Assembly: GCA_900234795.1 (NCBI GenBank) | Contig: LT962688.1 | Span: 510,001-542,000 of the forward strand | Direction: 5' to 3' | From: Methylorubrum extorquens | GTDB lineage: Bacteria; Pseudomonadota; Alphaproteobacteria; Rhizobiales; Beijerinckiaceae | DNA length: 32,000 bases | Shown: in pieces, positions 1 through 9,484 of the stretch | How positions within the stretch are numbered: the stretch's first letter is position 1 | Layout: each line of letters starts with the position of its first letter | The notes under the pieces: generated by a model | Told to the model about the DNA's origin: nothing | The model's input: the letters and a program-made list of their open reading frames with translations, nothing else | Databases searched by the model: none | Position numbers and translations under genes: made by a program

Positions 1-68
1 AAGTTAAGATCCCGGAAAGGCGTCATTCGGCATAACGAGACAACATTTGTTCGCTCGACGGCAGTCTG

Positions 69-2066
69 ATGAAAACCGGTATTCGCACGCGTCTCTACGG
101 CGGATTTTCAGCATTGGTCGCCTTGTCCTGCGGTATGGGGGCGTTCTCCTACACGCAGCTCGACAGTCTCGACGAGATGTTCCGTGCGCGGGCTCAGCTC
201 GAATCCGCAGCCCGGACCCTCTACACCATCAATGGTCTGTCCGACCGGTTGATCGGTCAGGCTGCCCAGTACAGGCTGACCCAGGCGCCCGACTACACGA
301 CCGGAATGTTCGCGTCGTTGGACTCGATCCGGCAGGGCTCCGAGAAGCTCATCGAGAGCACACCGAGCGCGGAGCGGCGCGCGGCCTATGAGCGGCTTCG
401 GGATCAGTCCACCGATCTCGGCAAGGCGCTGCCGAAGCTGGTCGAACTCGGCGCGCAGATCCGCGAGAACCGGGCCGGCGTCTACGCCAACGGCGACGAC
501 CTGACCAAGGCCTCCGGCGTCCTCGTCGCCCAGTTGCGGGCCACGGGCCAGGATGCGCTGATCGCTCAGGCCGTGGAGGTCGAGCGCACGCTGCTTCTGT
601 TCCGCATCATGAACTGGCGCTTCCTTGCCACCAAGGATCCGAAGGGCCGTGCCCTCTCGGCCAACGCCTTCGGCAACGCCGAGGCGGCCCTGGCGAAACT
701 GAAGGCTCTCGATCTCGCCGCCGCCGACCAAGAGACGGCAAAGCTCGTCGGCGAGACCCTGAACCGGCTCAACAAGAGCATCGTCGCCGCCTCACAGGCC
801 ATCGTCGAAAGCGAGGCGTTCTTCGAGGAGACGCTGAAGCCCAGGGTGGACGGTATCAACGCGACGGGCCTGTCGGTGCGCAGCAAGCTCGAGACGGCGC
901 TTCAGGACGGAGTCGAGCAGAGCAACGCCCTGATGACGCGGGCGAAGACCGTCCAGCTCATCCTGCTCGGCCTGATCCTGGCGACCGGCGCCGCCCTGGC
1001 CTTCCTGATCGCCCGCAGCCTGATCCGCCCGATCTCGGGGATGACCGCCGCGATGAGCCGCCTCGCCGCGGGCGAGACGGCCATCGAGGTGCCGTCTCGG
1101 GACGCGGTGGACGAAATGGGCCGGATGGCCGAGGCGGTCGAGGTGTTCCGGCAGAACGCCGTGGCCCGCATCGAACTCGAGGCGGAGCGGGTGGCCCAAC
1201 AATCCGCCCGCCAGCGCCGGGCCGACCGTGTCGATGGGCTGGTGCGCGGTTTCGAGGAAAAGATCGCGGCCTCCATCGCCATCGTGACCTCGGCGGCGAC
1301 CGAACTGGACAGCACCGCCCGATCGATGACGCAGGTCGCCGACAACACCAACGGGCAGGCGGTCGCCTCCAGCGCCGCGGCCGAGGAAGCCACTGTCAAC
1401 GTGCAGACGGTCGCCGCAGCGGCCGAGGAGATGGTCGCCTCGCTCAGCGAGATCGAGCGGCGCGTCCAGCAATCCAACGACGTGGCGGGTCATGCCAGCC
1501 ACGAGGCCCGGACGACGACCGATTCGATGAGCCATCTCAGCCGCGCGGCCGAGAAGATCGGCGAGGCGGTGACGATGATCTCCGGGCTCGCGAGCCAGAC
1601 GAACCTGCTCGCCCTCAACGCCACCATCGAGGCGGCGCGGGCCGGCGAGGCGGGCCGCGGCTTTGCCGTCGTCGCCACCGAGGTCAAGGAACTCGCGGCG
1701 CAAACCGCCCGCACCACGGAGGCGATCTCCGATCAGGTCAGCGCGATCCAGACCGCCTCGACCCAGGCACTCGGCGCGATCCAGCAGATTGGTCGGACCA
1801 TCGTCTCGGTCAACGACATCACCGCCTCGATCGCGGCAACCGTCGTACAGCAGACCGCCGCGACCAACGAGATTGCCCGCAACGCCTCCGAAGCAGCCCG
1901 CGGCACCCAGGACGTATCGATGAGCGTCGCACAGGTACAGGCGCTGTCGAGCGAGACCGGATCGGCCGCGCAGCAGGTGATGATGGCCTCGTCCGAGCTC
2001 TCGACCCAGTCCGAAAACGTGCGGCGCGAGGTCGAGGACTTCCTCGCCGCAATCCGGGCCGCCTGA
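69..2066 (+). CDS. Methyl-accepting chemotaxis protein: two TM segments, large periplasmic helical domain, HAMP, MCP signalling domain
   Basis: 665-aa ORF starting at ATG 69. N-terminal TM ([17 protein letters not shown]), second TM ([21 protein letters not shown]) followed by a HAMP-like segment. Contains the canonical MCP hairpin motif [35 protein letters not shown]. Confidence 0.93.
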   Translation: MKTGIRTRLYGGFSALVALSCGMGAFSYTQLDSLDEMFRARAQLESAARTLYTINGLSDRLIGQAAQYRLTQAPDYTTGMFASLDSIRQGSEKLIESTPSAERRAAYERLRDQSTDLGKALPKLVELGAQIRENRAGVYANGDDLTKASGVLVAQLRATGQDALIAQAVEVERTLLLFRIMNWRFLATKDPKGRALSANAFGNAEAALAKLKALDLAAADQETAKLVGETLNRLNKSIVAASQAIVESEAFFEETLKPRVDGINATGLSVRSKLETALQDGVEQSNALMTRAKTVQLILLGLILATGAALAFLIARSLIRPISGMTAAMSRLAAGETAIEVPSRDAVDEMGRMAEAVEVFRQNAVARIELEAERVAQQSARQRRADRVDGLVRGFEEKIAASIAIVTSAATELDSTARSMTQVADNTNGQAVASSAAAEEATVNVQTVAAAAEEMVASLSEIERRVQQSNDVAGHASHEARTTTDSMSHLSRAAEKIGEAVTMISGLASQTNLLALNATIEAARAGEAGRGFAVVATEVKELAAQTARTTEAISDQVSAIQTASTQALGAIQQIGRTIVSVNDITASIAATVVQQTAATNEIARNASEAARGTQDVSMSVAQVQALSSETGSAAQQVMMASSELSTQSENVRREVEDFLAAIRAA

Positions 2067-2265
2067 CGGCCCCACCGAGCGGACGGATTAGCGGTCCACC
2101 CGTCAGCGTCTACCAACGGCCGGCTCCGCCACGGGGCCGAACGTTGCCAAATGAGACGCACGGACCCTGAGACCGGTGCCGCCCGCTCCCGTCACGGCCT
2201 TTTCGATCGGCTCGCCCTCGTGGCGGGCCGAGCGGCGGCGGGCGGGCCTCGGCCCGAGGGCGGCG

Positions 2266-2992
2266 ATGATCCGCGGCGTCGCGCTGGCCCTGACCGCCTG
2301 CGCCGCCCTTCCGGGCATCGCCCGGGCCGATCCGCTCGCGGCGGAGAACCCGCGCATCCCCGAACCGATGGTGTTCGACCTGCTGCGTCCGCTCGGGGCA
2401 CGGGCCGGCGAGCGCGAGGTCAACGTCCTGGCGGTCCGGCCGCTGGACCGGGGACCGACGGACTGGGCCCCCGAACTCGAATACGCCTACGCCGACGGCC
2501 AGTCGTTCGAGCTGGAGCTTCCCTTCGAGGACGGGCGCCTGACGCAGGTCAAGTTCGCCCTTCAGGGCACCTTCGGCACGGGGGCGGGCGGGCGCTGGAT
2601 CCACGGCTGGCAGTATCTCGGCCAGATCGAGCGCGGTAGCGCGACCTTCCGCAATTCCCCTGCTCTACATCTCCGGATACCGCTTCGACGCGCGCTGGAG
2701 CATGCTGAGCATGGCCGGGCTGCGGCAGGTCGGTCTGCGCCGGCTCGGTTCGACCGCGCTGCTCCTCAACCATTCCGTCTTCTACGATTTCGATCCGGAG
2801 ACGGTGCTGGGGCTCGAAGTCAACCTGAGGCAGGACATCGCCGGGGACGACCGCACCCGCGCCCTCGTCATTCCCCAGATCCACCGACGGCTCTCGGAAC
2901 TGACGAGCCTCCAGGCCGGCCTCGGTGTCGAGTTCCGAACGAACCGTAACGCCGGGCTCGTCGCGGGTCTGCGGCTGATCCGCGAGTTCTGA
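2266..2992 (+). pseudogene. Secreted or outer-membrane-type protein of unknown function, interrupted by an apparent +1 frameshift near 2657-2660
   Basis: ATG 2266 is preceded by GAGGG. Signal peptide MIRGVALALTACAALPGIARA. The frame-1 product reads sensibly to ...WQYLGQIERGSATFRNS. The protein-like continuation (LLYISGYRFDARWSMLSMAGLRQ...GLRLIREF) is in frame 2 and ends at 2992. The span is 727 nt, which is 3n+1. The N-terminal motif PEPMVFD resembles the motif that names the 'HAEPLYID' family, but I cannot verify this. Confidence 0.6.
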
Positions 2993-3072
2993 AGCGCCCT
3001 GCGCCGTCAACGGACCCGGCAGCGGCCTTTCGGGTTCTCCTGTCACGGGAAGGCTGCGAGAGGAACACGGGC

Positions 3073-3951
3073 ATGGCGAGCGTCGAAGCATCGGGCACCT
3101 TCGCGATCGGCGGGGATCTCACCGTTCACCGCCTCGGGTTCGGCGCCATGCGCATCACCGGTCCCGGCATCTGGGGCGACCCGCCCGACCGGGACAAGGC
3201 GAAGGCGACCCTGCGGGCGGTGCCCGGCCTCGGGATCGACCTGATCGACACCGCCGATAGCTACGGCCCCTTCGTCAGCGAGGATCTGATCCGCGAGACG
3301 CTTTACCCCTACGAAGGGCTCGTCATCGCCACCAAGGGCGGCCTGACGCGGCACGGGCCCGATATCTGGCAGCCGGTCGGCAATCCCGATTATCTGCGCC
3401 AATGCGTGCTGATGAGCCTACGGCGGCTCGGTCTCGAGCGGATCGACCTGTGGCAGCTCCATCGGATCGGCCCGGACTGCCCCCACGAGGTGCAGTTCGA
3501 GGCGATCGCCCGGATGCGGGAGGAGGGCTTGATCCGCCATGTCGGCCTGTCCGAGGTCTCGGTCGAGGACATCGAGGCCGCCCAGAAGTTTTTCCCCGTG
3601 GCGAGCGTGCAGAACCGATACAACCTCGTCGATCGCACCAGCGAGGCGGTGCTGGCGCATTGCGAGCGGCACGGCATCGGCTTCATCCCCTGGGCGCCCC
3701 TCGACAAGGGATCGCTGGCCGGTCCCGGTTCGGCCCTGGAATCGATCGCCGGGCGTCTCGGCGCGAGCGGCAGCGCGGTCGCCCTCGCATGGCTGTTGAA
3801 GCGCTCGCCAGTGATGCTGCCGATCCCCGGCACCGGCGATCCCGGCCACCTCGCCGAGAATGCCGCAGGCGCAACCCTCACCCTCAGCGAAGAGGATTTC
3901 GCCGTCCTCGACCGGGCGGGACATGAGGCATGGCAGGGCGCCGGCGCGTGA
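3073..3951 (+). CDS. Aldo/keto reductase family oxidoreductase
   Basis: 292-aa ORF with AKR hallmarks: [41 protein letters not shown]. Confidence 0.9.
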   Translation: MASVEASGTFAIGGDLTVHRLGFGAMRITGPGIWGDPPDRDKAKATLRAVPGLGIDLIDTADSYGPFVSEDLIRETLYPYEGLVIATKGGLTRHGPDIWQPVGNPDYLRQCVLMSLRRLGLERIDLWQLHRIGPDCPHEVQFEAIARMREEGLIRHVGLSEVSVEDIEAAQKFFPVASVQNRYNLVDRTSEAVLAHCERHGIGFIPWAPLDKGSLAGPGSALESIAGRLGASGSAVALAWLLKRSPVMLPIPGTGDPGHLAENAAGATLTLSEEDFAVLDRAGHEAWQGAGA

Positions 3952-4060
3952 CATCCGACAGGTGCTGGCGCGCACCTTGCAATCCGATAGCAACGGAACG
4001 GGATAGGGGCTGAGCCTTTCCATTCCGGGCGCCGACATGGTGCCGACAGGAAGGATCGAC

Positions 4061-4522
4061 ATGTCGTCAGCCGGCCACCGCGCGCGCTCCGGTCTCATCG
4101 GTGGGCTGTTCGCTGGGTTGACGATCGCCGGTCTCGCCGCCCTGCCGGCGGAGGCGCGCACGAGCTGGGTCTCCGGCACCTACGTCTACGCCGACCTCTG
4201 CACGATGCCCGCGGACGGCGCGCAGGCCGGCCGGCGCATCACGCTCAAGCGCTGGCCCAAAGGCGACAACCTCGTCTACGAGGGGGCGGGTCTGCCCGCC
4301 CCGATCGAGACCGCGGTGTCGATCGACGACAGCACGAAGGATGTCGCCTTCCATGTCGAGACCAGCGCCGGTCTCGTCAGCTTCCGCGGCACCGCCGGAT
4401 CCGACGCGTTGGTCGGCACGCTGCACGGAGCCGACGGCGCGCAGCCGTTACGCCTGAAGCGCGTCCTGCGCGCCCGCGCTCAGGAGACATGCCCCGGCGA
4501 GACCACCGGCTCGATCAACTGA
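4061..4522 (+). CDS. Hypothetical secreted protein
   Basis: ORF 4037..4522. I prefer the internal ATG at 4061 because it is preceded by GGAAGGA. N-terminal signal-like segment LIGGLFAGLTIAGLAALPAEA. I recognise no family. Confidence 0.55.
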   Translation: MSSAGHRARSGLIGGLFAGLTIAGLAALPAEARTSWVSGTYVYADLCTMPADGAQAGRRITLKRWPKGDNLVYEGAGLPAPIETAVSIDDSTKDVAFHVETSAGLVSFRGTAGSDALVGTLHGADGAQPLRLKRVLRARAQETCPGETTGSIN

Positions 4523-4661
4523 GCCCCGGCCGCAAACCCCAACGTCGCAATCCGAGCGCCCCTCGCCCGGCAGCGGAGATCCCGCTTGTCTCCTCCCGCC
4601 ATTGACGCCGCGAGACGCTGGCGCAAGTGAGACGCCGGGGGCGGACACGAAGGCGACCACC

Positions 4662-5741
4662 ATGGGCGGGACGAAGCGCAGCTACCGGATCGCGGTGATC
4701 CCCGGCGACGGCATCGGTAAGGAAGTCATGCCGGAGGGCGTTCGGGTTCTGGAGCGGGCGGCCGCCCGCCACGGCTTCGAGATCGTGCAGGACTGGTTCG
4801 ATTTCGCGAGTTGCGACTACTACGAGGCGCACGGGCGGATGATGCCCGAGGACTGGAAGGCGCAGATCGGCTCCCACGATGCGATCTATTTCGGCGCCGT
4901 CGGCATGCCCGAGCGCGTGCCCGACCACATCTCGCTCTGGGGCTCGCTGATCCAGTTTCGGCGCGAGTTCGACCAATACGTCAACCTGCGCCCGGTCCGC
5001 CTGATGCCGGGCGTGCCGTCACCGCTGGCCGGCCGCAAGCCCGGCGATATCGACTTCTGGGTCGTCCGCGAGAACACCGAGGGCGAGTATTCCAACGCGG
5101 GCGGGCGGATGTTCGCCGGCACCGAGCGCGAGTTCGCAGTTCAGGAATCGGTGTTCACCCGCCACGGCGTCGATCGCGTGCTGAAGTTCGCCTTCGCGTT
5201 GGCGCAGAGCCGGCCCAAGCGTCACTTGACCTCGGCGACCAAATCGAACGGCATCTCGATCACCATGCCGTTCTGGGACGAGCGGGTGCGGGCCGTGGCC
5301 GAGGGCTACCCCGATATCCGTTGGGACCAGTACCACATCGACATCCTGACCGCGCATTTCGTGCTGAACCCGGACCGGTTCGACGTGGTGGTCGCCTCGA
5401 ACCTCTTCGGCGACATTCTCTCCGATCTCGGGCCCGCCTGCACCGGCACCATCGGCATCGCGCCCTCGGGCAACATCAATCCGGAGCGGCTCTATCCGTC
5501 CGTGTTCGAACCGGTGCACGGCTCGGCCCCCGACATCGCCGGCCAGGGGATCGCCAACCCGATCGGCCAGATCTGGTCGGGGGCGATGATGCTGGAGCAT
5601 CTCGGCGAGCGGGAGGCCGCGGCCGAGATCGTCGCTGGCATCGAGCGGGTGCTTTCGGAGCGGACGCTGCGTACGCGCGATCTCGGCGGCACCGCCGACA
5701 CGCAGGCCTGCGGCCGCGCGGTCGAACAGGCGCTGGGCTGA
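4662..5741 (+). CDS. Tartrate dehydrogenase/decarboxylase / D-malate dehydrogenase family (isocitrate/isopropylmalate dehydrogenase superfamily)
   Basis: From MGGTKRSYRIAVIPGDGIGKEV on, the sequence is collinear with tartrate dehydrogenases. Matching motifs: VPDHISLWG, VRENTEGEYS, NLFGDILSDL, FEPVHGSAPDIAGQGIANP, MLEHLGE. The ORF-track start at 4602 adds 20 non-conserved residues. Confidence 0.85.
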   Translation: MGGTKRSYRIAVIPGDGIGKEVMPEGVRVLERAAARHGFEIVQDWFDFASCDYYEAHGRMMPEDWKAQIGSHDAIYFGAVGMPERVPDHISLWGSLIQFRREFDQYVNLRPVRLMPGVPSPLAGRKPGDIDFWVVRENTEGEYSNAGGRMFAGTEREFAVQESVFTRHGVDRVLKFAFALAQSRPKRHLTSATKSNGISITMPFWDERVRAVAEGYPDIRWDQYHIDILTAHFVLNPDRFDVVVASNLFGDILSDLGPACTGTIGIAPSGNINPERLYPSVFEPVHGSAPDIAGQGIANPIGQIWSGAMMLEHLGEREAAAEIVAGIERVLSERTLRTRDLGGTADTQACGRAVEQALG

Positions 5742-5754
5742 GGGGCCGGCCGCG

Positions 5755-6579
5755 ATGCGACCCGTCGTCGTCACCGTCGCGATCACCGGCTCGGTCGCCC
5801 GCAAGGCCGACAACCCGACCGTGCCGATCACGCCCGCCGAGCAAATCGAATCGACCCACGCCGCCTACGAGGCCGGCGCGGCGCTCGCTCACATCCACGT
5901 CCGGGAAGACGACGAGAGTCCGTCGCTCGATCCCGAGCGCTTCGGGCGGGTGCAGGAGGGCATCCGCCTGCATTGCCCGGACATGATTGTGCAGTTCTCC
6001 ACGAGCGGGTCGGGCCCCGATCCGGTGGAGCGGGGCGCCTGCCTGATCCACCGGCCGGACATGGCCTCGCTGACCACCGGCTCGGTCAATTTCGGCGAGG
6101 GCGTCTACGAGAACCCGGCGGCCTCGTTCACGGCGCTCGGCCGGCGGATGCGGGAAGAGGGCGTACGCCCTGAGATCGAAGTGTTCGACCTCACTCACAT
6201 CCACAACGCCCGCCGTCTCGTGGACGAGGGCGTGATTGGCGCCGAGCCCCATCTGCAGTTCGTCATGGGCATCCGCAACGCGCTGCCGCCCGACCCACAC
6301 CTGCTCGACATCCTGCTGGCGGAGACCCGGCGCCTGCTGCCGGGCGCGACCTGGGGCGCCTTCGGCATCGGCCGTTTCCAGAGCCCGGTGATGGGCTGGG
6401 CCGTGTCGCGGGGGGCGCAGGGCGTGCGCACGGGCCTGGAGGACAACGTGCGTCTCTCCAAGGAGCGGCTCGCCGACGGCAATGCCGACCTTGTCCGTCT
6501 GGCCGCCCGGATCTGCGCCGAGCACGGCGCTCGGCCGGCGACGCCGGCCGAGGCGCGGGCAATCCTGCGCCTCGGCTGA
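5755..6579 (+). CDS. 3-keto-5-aminohexanoate cleavage enzyme family (BKACE, DUF849)
   Basis: 274-aa ORF beginning 13 nt after the previous stop. N-terminus VVVTVAITGSVARKADNPTVPITPAEQIESTHAAYEAGAALAHIHVRED is typical of DUF849/BKACE TIM-barrel enzymes. Confidence 0.85.
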   Translation: MRPVVVTVAITGSVARKADNPTVPITPAEQIESTHAAYEAGAALAHIHVREDDESPSLDPERFGRVQEGIRLHCPDMIVQFSTSGSGPDPVERGACLIHRPDMASLTTGSVNFGEGVYENPAASFTALGRRMREEGVRPEIEVFDLTHIHNARRLVDEGVIGAEPHLQFVMGIRNALPPDPHLLDILLAETRRLLPGATWGAFGIGRFQSPVMGWAVSRGAQGVRTGLEDNVRLSKERLADGNADLVRLAARICAEHGARPATPAEARAILRLG

Positions 6580-6650
6580 GCCCGAGGCACGGCCCCGAGC
6601 GGTGGCTCTCGGCCTTGCGGAAGGAGACGATACGCCAACACGAGGCGAGG

Positions 6651-6682
6651 GTGTCGTTCCGGATCGATGTCCAGAACGACAC
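6651..6682. terminator. Stem-loop between convergent BKACE and MFS genes
   Basis: GTGTCGTTC (6651-6659) pairs with GAACGACAC (6674-6682), giving a 9-bp stem and a 14-nt loop. There is no clear U-tract. Confidence 0.4.
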
Positions 6683-6691
6683 GCGCGCCGA

Positions 6692-8047
6692 TCAGGCCAG
6701 AACCGGGCTCGTCTTGCGTCCCAGCGCCTCCTCCACGGTGCCGTCCCCGTCGAGATAGCCGTGGCGCTTCGGGTTCGGCATCACCAGCGAAGCGATGAAC
6801 GAGATCGCCAGCATCACGGCGACGTACCAGAAGAAGCTGGTCTCCGCGCCGACATGCTTGAGCCAGAGCGCGACCGCCTCCGCCGTGCCGCCGAACAGTG
6901 AGTTGGCCACCGCGTAGGACAGGCCGACGCCCAGCGCCCGCACCTGGGTCGGGAACAGCTCCGCTTTCACGATGCCACTGATGCCGGTGTAGAAGCTGAT
7001 CACCACGAGCCCGGTCATGATGAGGCCGAAGGACAGGACGGGATCTGTGGTGGTGCCGATGGCCGTCATCAACGGCACGATCATCACCATACCGAGGCCG
7101 CTGAACAGCAGCATGTTCGTCTTCCGGCCGATCCGGTCGGAGAGCCAGCCGAAGAAGGGCTGGATCGCCATGTAGGCGAACAGCGCGACCGTCGTGATCT
7201 GCGACGCAGTCACCTTGTCTATATGGGCGGTGTTGAAGAGGTATTTCGGCATGTAGGTCGTGAGCGTGTAGAACGACAGCGACCCGCCGGCCGTATAGGC
7301 CAGCACCACGGCGAAGGCCCGCCAGTGCTTGAGCAGGCCGGCGAGGGTTCCGGCCTCCTTCGAATCCTTGTTCTCCGCGCTCATCGTCTCGGAGAGCGAG
7401 CGGCGCAGGAACAGGGCGACCACCGCCGCCAGCGCACCGATGACGAAGGGGATGCGCCAGCCCCAGGCCGTGAGTTGCTCGGCCGTCAGCACGCACTGGA
7501 GCACGACGAGCACCAGTGAGGCAAGCAACTGGCCGCCGATCAGCGTGACGTACTGGAACGAGGCGAAGAACCCGCGCTGCCCCTTGGTCGCGACCTCGCT
7601 CATGTAGGTCGCGCTGGTGCCGTACTCGCCGCCGACCGAAAGGCCCTGCACCATGCGCGCGATCACGAGAAGGACCGGTGCGAGATGGCCGACGGTCGCA
7701 TAGGTCGGCAGCAGGGCGATGGCGAGCGAGCCGCCGCACATCATCAGCACCGAGATCATCAGCGAAGTCTTGCGCCCGAGACGGTCGGCGATGCGCCCGA
7801 ACAGCCAGCCGCCGATCGGCCGCATGAAGAAGCCCACCGCGAAGACCGCGGCCGACTTCAGGAGCTGGCCCGTGTCGTCACCCTCCGGGAAGAAGACGGG
7901 GGCGAAGTAGAGAGCGAAGAAGGCGTAGCAGTAGAAGTCGTACCACTCGACGAGATTGCCCGACGAGGAACCGACGATGGCCATGATGCGGCGGCGGCGG
8001 TCGGCGGCCTCGTCGAGCGGCGGCGCGGCGGTGCTGGTGTCCAGCAT
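6692..8047 (-). CDS. kgtP: MFS metabolite:H+ symporter, alpha-ketoglutarate permease (KgtP)-like
   Basis: 451-aa ORF collinear with E. coli KgtP: [81 protein letters not shown]. Confidence 0.85.
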   Translation of the reverse strand: MLDTSTAAPPLDEAADRRRRIMAIVGSSSGNLVEWYDFYCYAFFALYFAPVFFPEGDDTGQLLKSAAVFAVGFFMRPIGGWLFGRIADRLGRKTSLMISVLMMCGGSLAIALLPTYATVGHLAPVLLVIARMVQGLSVGGEYGTSATYMSEVATKGQRGFFASFQYVTLIGGQLLASLVLVVLQCVLTAEQLTAWGWRIPFVIGALAAVVALFLRRSLSETMSAENKDSKEAGTLAGLLKHWRAFAVVLAYTAGGSLSFYTLTTYMPKYLFNTAHIDKVTASQITTVALFAYMAIQPFFGWLSDRIGRKTNMLLFSGLGMVMIVPLMTAIGTTTDPVLSFGLIMTGLVVISFYTGISGIVKAELFPTQVRALGVGLSYAVANSLFGGTAEAVALWLKHVGAETSFFWYVAVMLAISFIASLVMPNPKRHGYLDGDGTVEEALGRKTSPVLA

Positions 8048-8524
8048 GCGTTTCCCCTGATTGTCCGGCCCGCGAGCGGCCGTGAGCCCTTATCAGAGGC
8101 CGGTATCTCACCGACACCGGCCCCGCGCCGACGCGGTCGGCAGCTATTCCATGACAGATGCCGGACAACGTTGCGCTCCCACGCTCGGAGCCTTGAACTC
8201 ACCGAGCCCATCGGCGCCGCGCTCCGGGACGGCAGCCGGCATATCATACCGGCCACCGTATCACGGCCTTTCGCCCGCGAAGGAGCGAGCCCAGTGCAGC
8301 AAGCGCGTCGGCTCAAGAGCGATACAACCGTCCCAGTTTTGCCAAGCACATCAACGGTTACGTTTCGGATTGCGGGCAGAGGTCACCGTATCCGTTTGTG
8401 CATCGCCGCGATTGCTCTGAACAAACAACCGGATGGCATCCGCCGGGAACGGTTTTCCGAGGGCTGCCGTTGCGTCCCTAGCTGCGGCACCAGGTCGGTC
8501 GCTGAGAAAAGACAGGGACGGAAC

Positions 8525-9319
8525 ATGACGAAACTCTTTCGCAGTACGGCGACGGCCGCGATCCTAATGTTGGGCGCGGCGACCGCACTCGCTCAAGGCG
8601 GCGGCGGCGGTGCTGGCGGCGGCGGCGGGGGCCCCGGCGCTGGGGGTGCTGGCGCTGGAGGTGCTGGCGCTGGAGGTGCCGGGATGGGCGCAGGCGGTGC
8701 TGGTGGTGCCGGCGGAGGCGCTGGCGGCGTGGGCGGCGGTGCGGCCGGCGGAGCACGAGGCGGCGCCGATGTCGGCGGTGGTACCCGCGGCGGCGAGAGC
8801 GGCGGGGCACCCGGTGGCGCAGCACGCGGCGGCGAGGCGGGAGAGCCGGGCGCCCGTGGCGGGCGCGAGGGCGGCCCGGCTCGCGCCGATCAGCCGAGCG
8901 AGCGCGGCAACCGCGAGTCCGGGCAGCCCGACCGCGGCGGCGCAGGCGAGCGCGGTGGACGGGATGGCCGTGACGGGCCGGGCGAGCGCGGCGGCCGAGA
9001 TGCGGCGGGTGAACGCGGTGAGCGCGGTGGTCGCGGTACGGCCACCGAGGCACGGGGTGCCTCGAGGAACCTGAGCTCGACGCAGCGAACCGAGTTCCGC
9101 CAGTCGATCTCCCGTTCGAGCGTTCGCGCCGTCACGAACGTCAACTTCGCCGTCCGCGTCGGCACGGCGATTCCGCGCTCGGTCTCGCTGCACCCGCTGC
9201 CTCCGGCGATCGTCTCGGTGGTGCCGGCCTATCGCGGCCTGCAGTTCATTCTCGTCGGGGATGACATCGTCATCATCGACCCCGACACCTACGAGATCGT
9301 GGACGTGATCCCGGCCTGA
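8525..9319 (+). CDS. Secreted DUF1236-domain protein with a long Gly/Ala-rich then Arg/Glu/Gly-rich low-complexity region
   Basis: ATG 8525 lies within ORF 7685..9319. The upstream part of that ORF is antisense to kgtP. Signal peptide MTKLFRSTATAAILMLGAATALA. About 150 aa of G/A/R/E low complexity follow. The C-terminal segment IPRSVSLHPLPPAIVSVVPAYRGLQFILVGDDIVIIDPDTYEIVDVIPA is typical of DUF1236. Confidence 0.8.
   Translation: MTKLFRSTATAAILMLGAATALAQGGGGGAGGGGGGPGAGGAGAGGAGAGGAGMGAGGAGGAGGGAGGVGGGAAGGARGGADVGGGTRGGESGGAPGGAARGGEAGEPGARGGREGGPARADQPSERGNRESGQPDRGGAGERGGRDGRDGPGERGGRDAAGERGERGGRGTATEARGASRNLSSTQRTEFRQSISRSSVRAVTNVNFAVRVGTAIPRSVSLHPLPPAIVSVVPAYRGLQFILVGDDIVIIDPDTYEIVDVIPA
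8597..8680 (+). repeat. Coding microsatellite tract: (GGC)4 twice plus a 15-bp tandem repeat
   Basis: (GGC)4 at 8597-8610 and 8615-8626. GGTGCTGGCGCTGGA at 8645-8659 is repeated exactly at 8660-8674 and followed by a partial copy GGTGCC. Confidence 0.85.
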
Positions 9320-9341
9320 TCCGGAGGCACGGCACGACATG

Positions 9342-9373
9342 AGAGGCGGCGGGGCGACAGCTCCGCCGCCTCT
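9342..9373 (+). terminator. Stem-loop downstream of the DUF1236 gene
   Basis: AGAGGCGGCGG (9342-9352) pairs with CCGCCGCCTCT (9363-9373), giving an 11-bp GC-rich stem and a 10-nt loop, 23 nt after the stop. Confidence 0.55.
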
Positions 9374-9397
9374 GTCACTTCCGGACGGATGCTTGCG

Positions 9398-9412
9398 GAA
9401 CAGGAGAGGAAC
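9398..9412 (+). promoter_or_regulatory. LexA (SOS) box, alphaproteobacterial direct-repeat type GAAC-N7-GAAC
   Basis: GAACaggagagGAAC is a perfect match, 73-87 nt upstream of the lexA ATG. Confidence 0.8.
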
Positions 9413-9421
9413 GTCTAGGCT

Positions 9422-9436
9422 GTTCGTGCTTTGTTT
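9422..9436 (+). promoter_or_regulatory. Second, imperfect SOS box in the opposite orientation (GTTC-N7-GTTT)
   Basis: GTTCgtgctttGTTT has one mismatch to GTTC-N7-GTTC. It lies 49-63 nt upstream of the lexA ATG and 9 nt after box 1. Confidence 0.55.
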
Positions 9437-9484
9437 TCAACGATTCTGCGGCGCCCCCGGCCCGCGGTCGACAGCAGGTGCCGC

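Noticed and set aside
792-2075. Long antisense and alternative-frame ORFs overlapping real genes. Examples: 792..2075(-), 6195..7739(-), 10264..12522(+), 12660..14111(-), 14098..15498(-), 16418..18178(+), 18090..19661(+), 25179..26741(-), 28348..30582(+).
   Set aside because: Their products are Arg/Gly/Pro/Ala-rich and lack motifs. Each lies opposite to or out of frame with a gene that has clear family signatures. This is the usual stop-codon depletion seen in DNA of about 70% G+C.
7685-8524. The 280-codon N-terminal extension of the DUF1236 ORF (7685..9319).
   Set aside because: The extension is antisense to kgtP and crosses the intergenic region. A proper ATG (8525) with a signal peptide exists downstream.
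8048-8524. The 477-nt kgtP/DUF1236 divergent spacer as a site of a hidden small gene or riboswitch, including ORF 8061..8420.
   Set aside because: The ORF product is low-complexity and has no Shine-Dalgarno sequence. I could not recognise any riboswitch-like conserved core or strong structure. It is left as an ordinary divergent promoter region.
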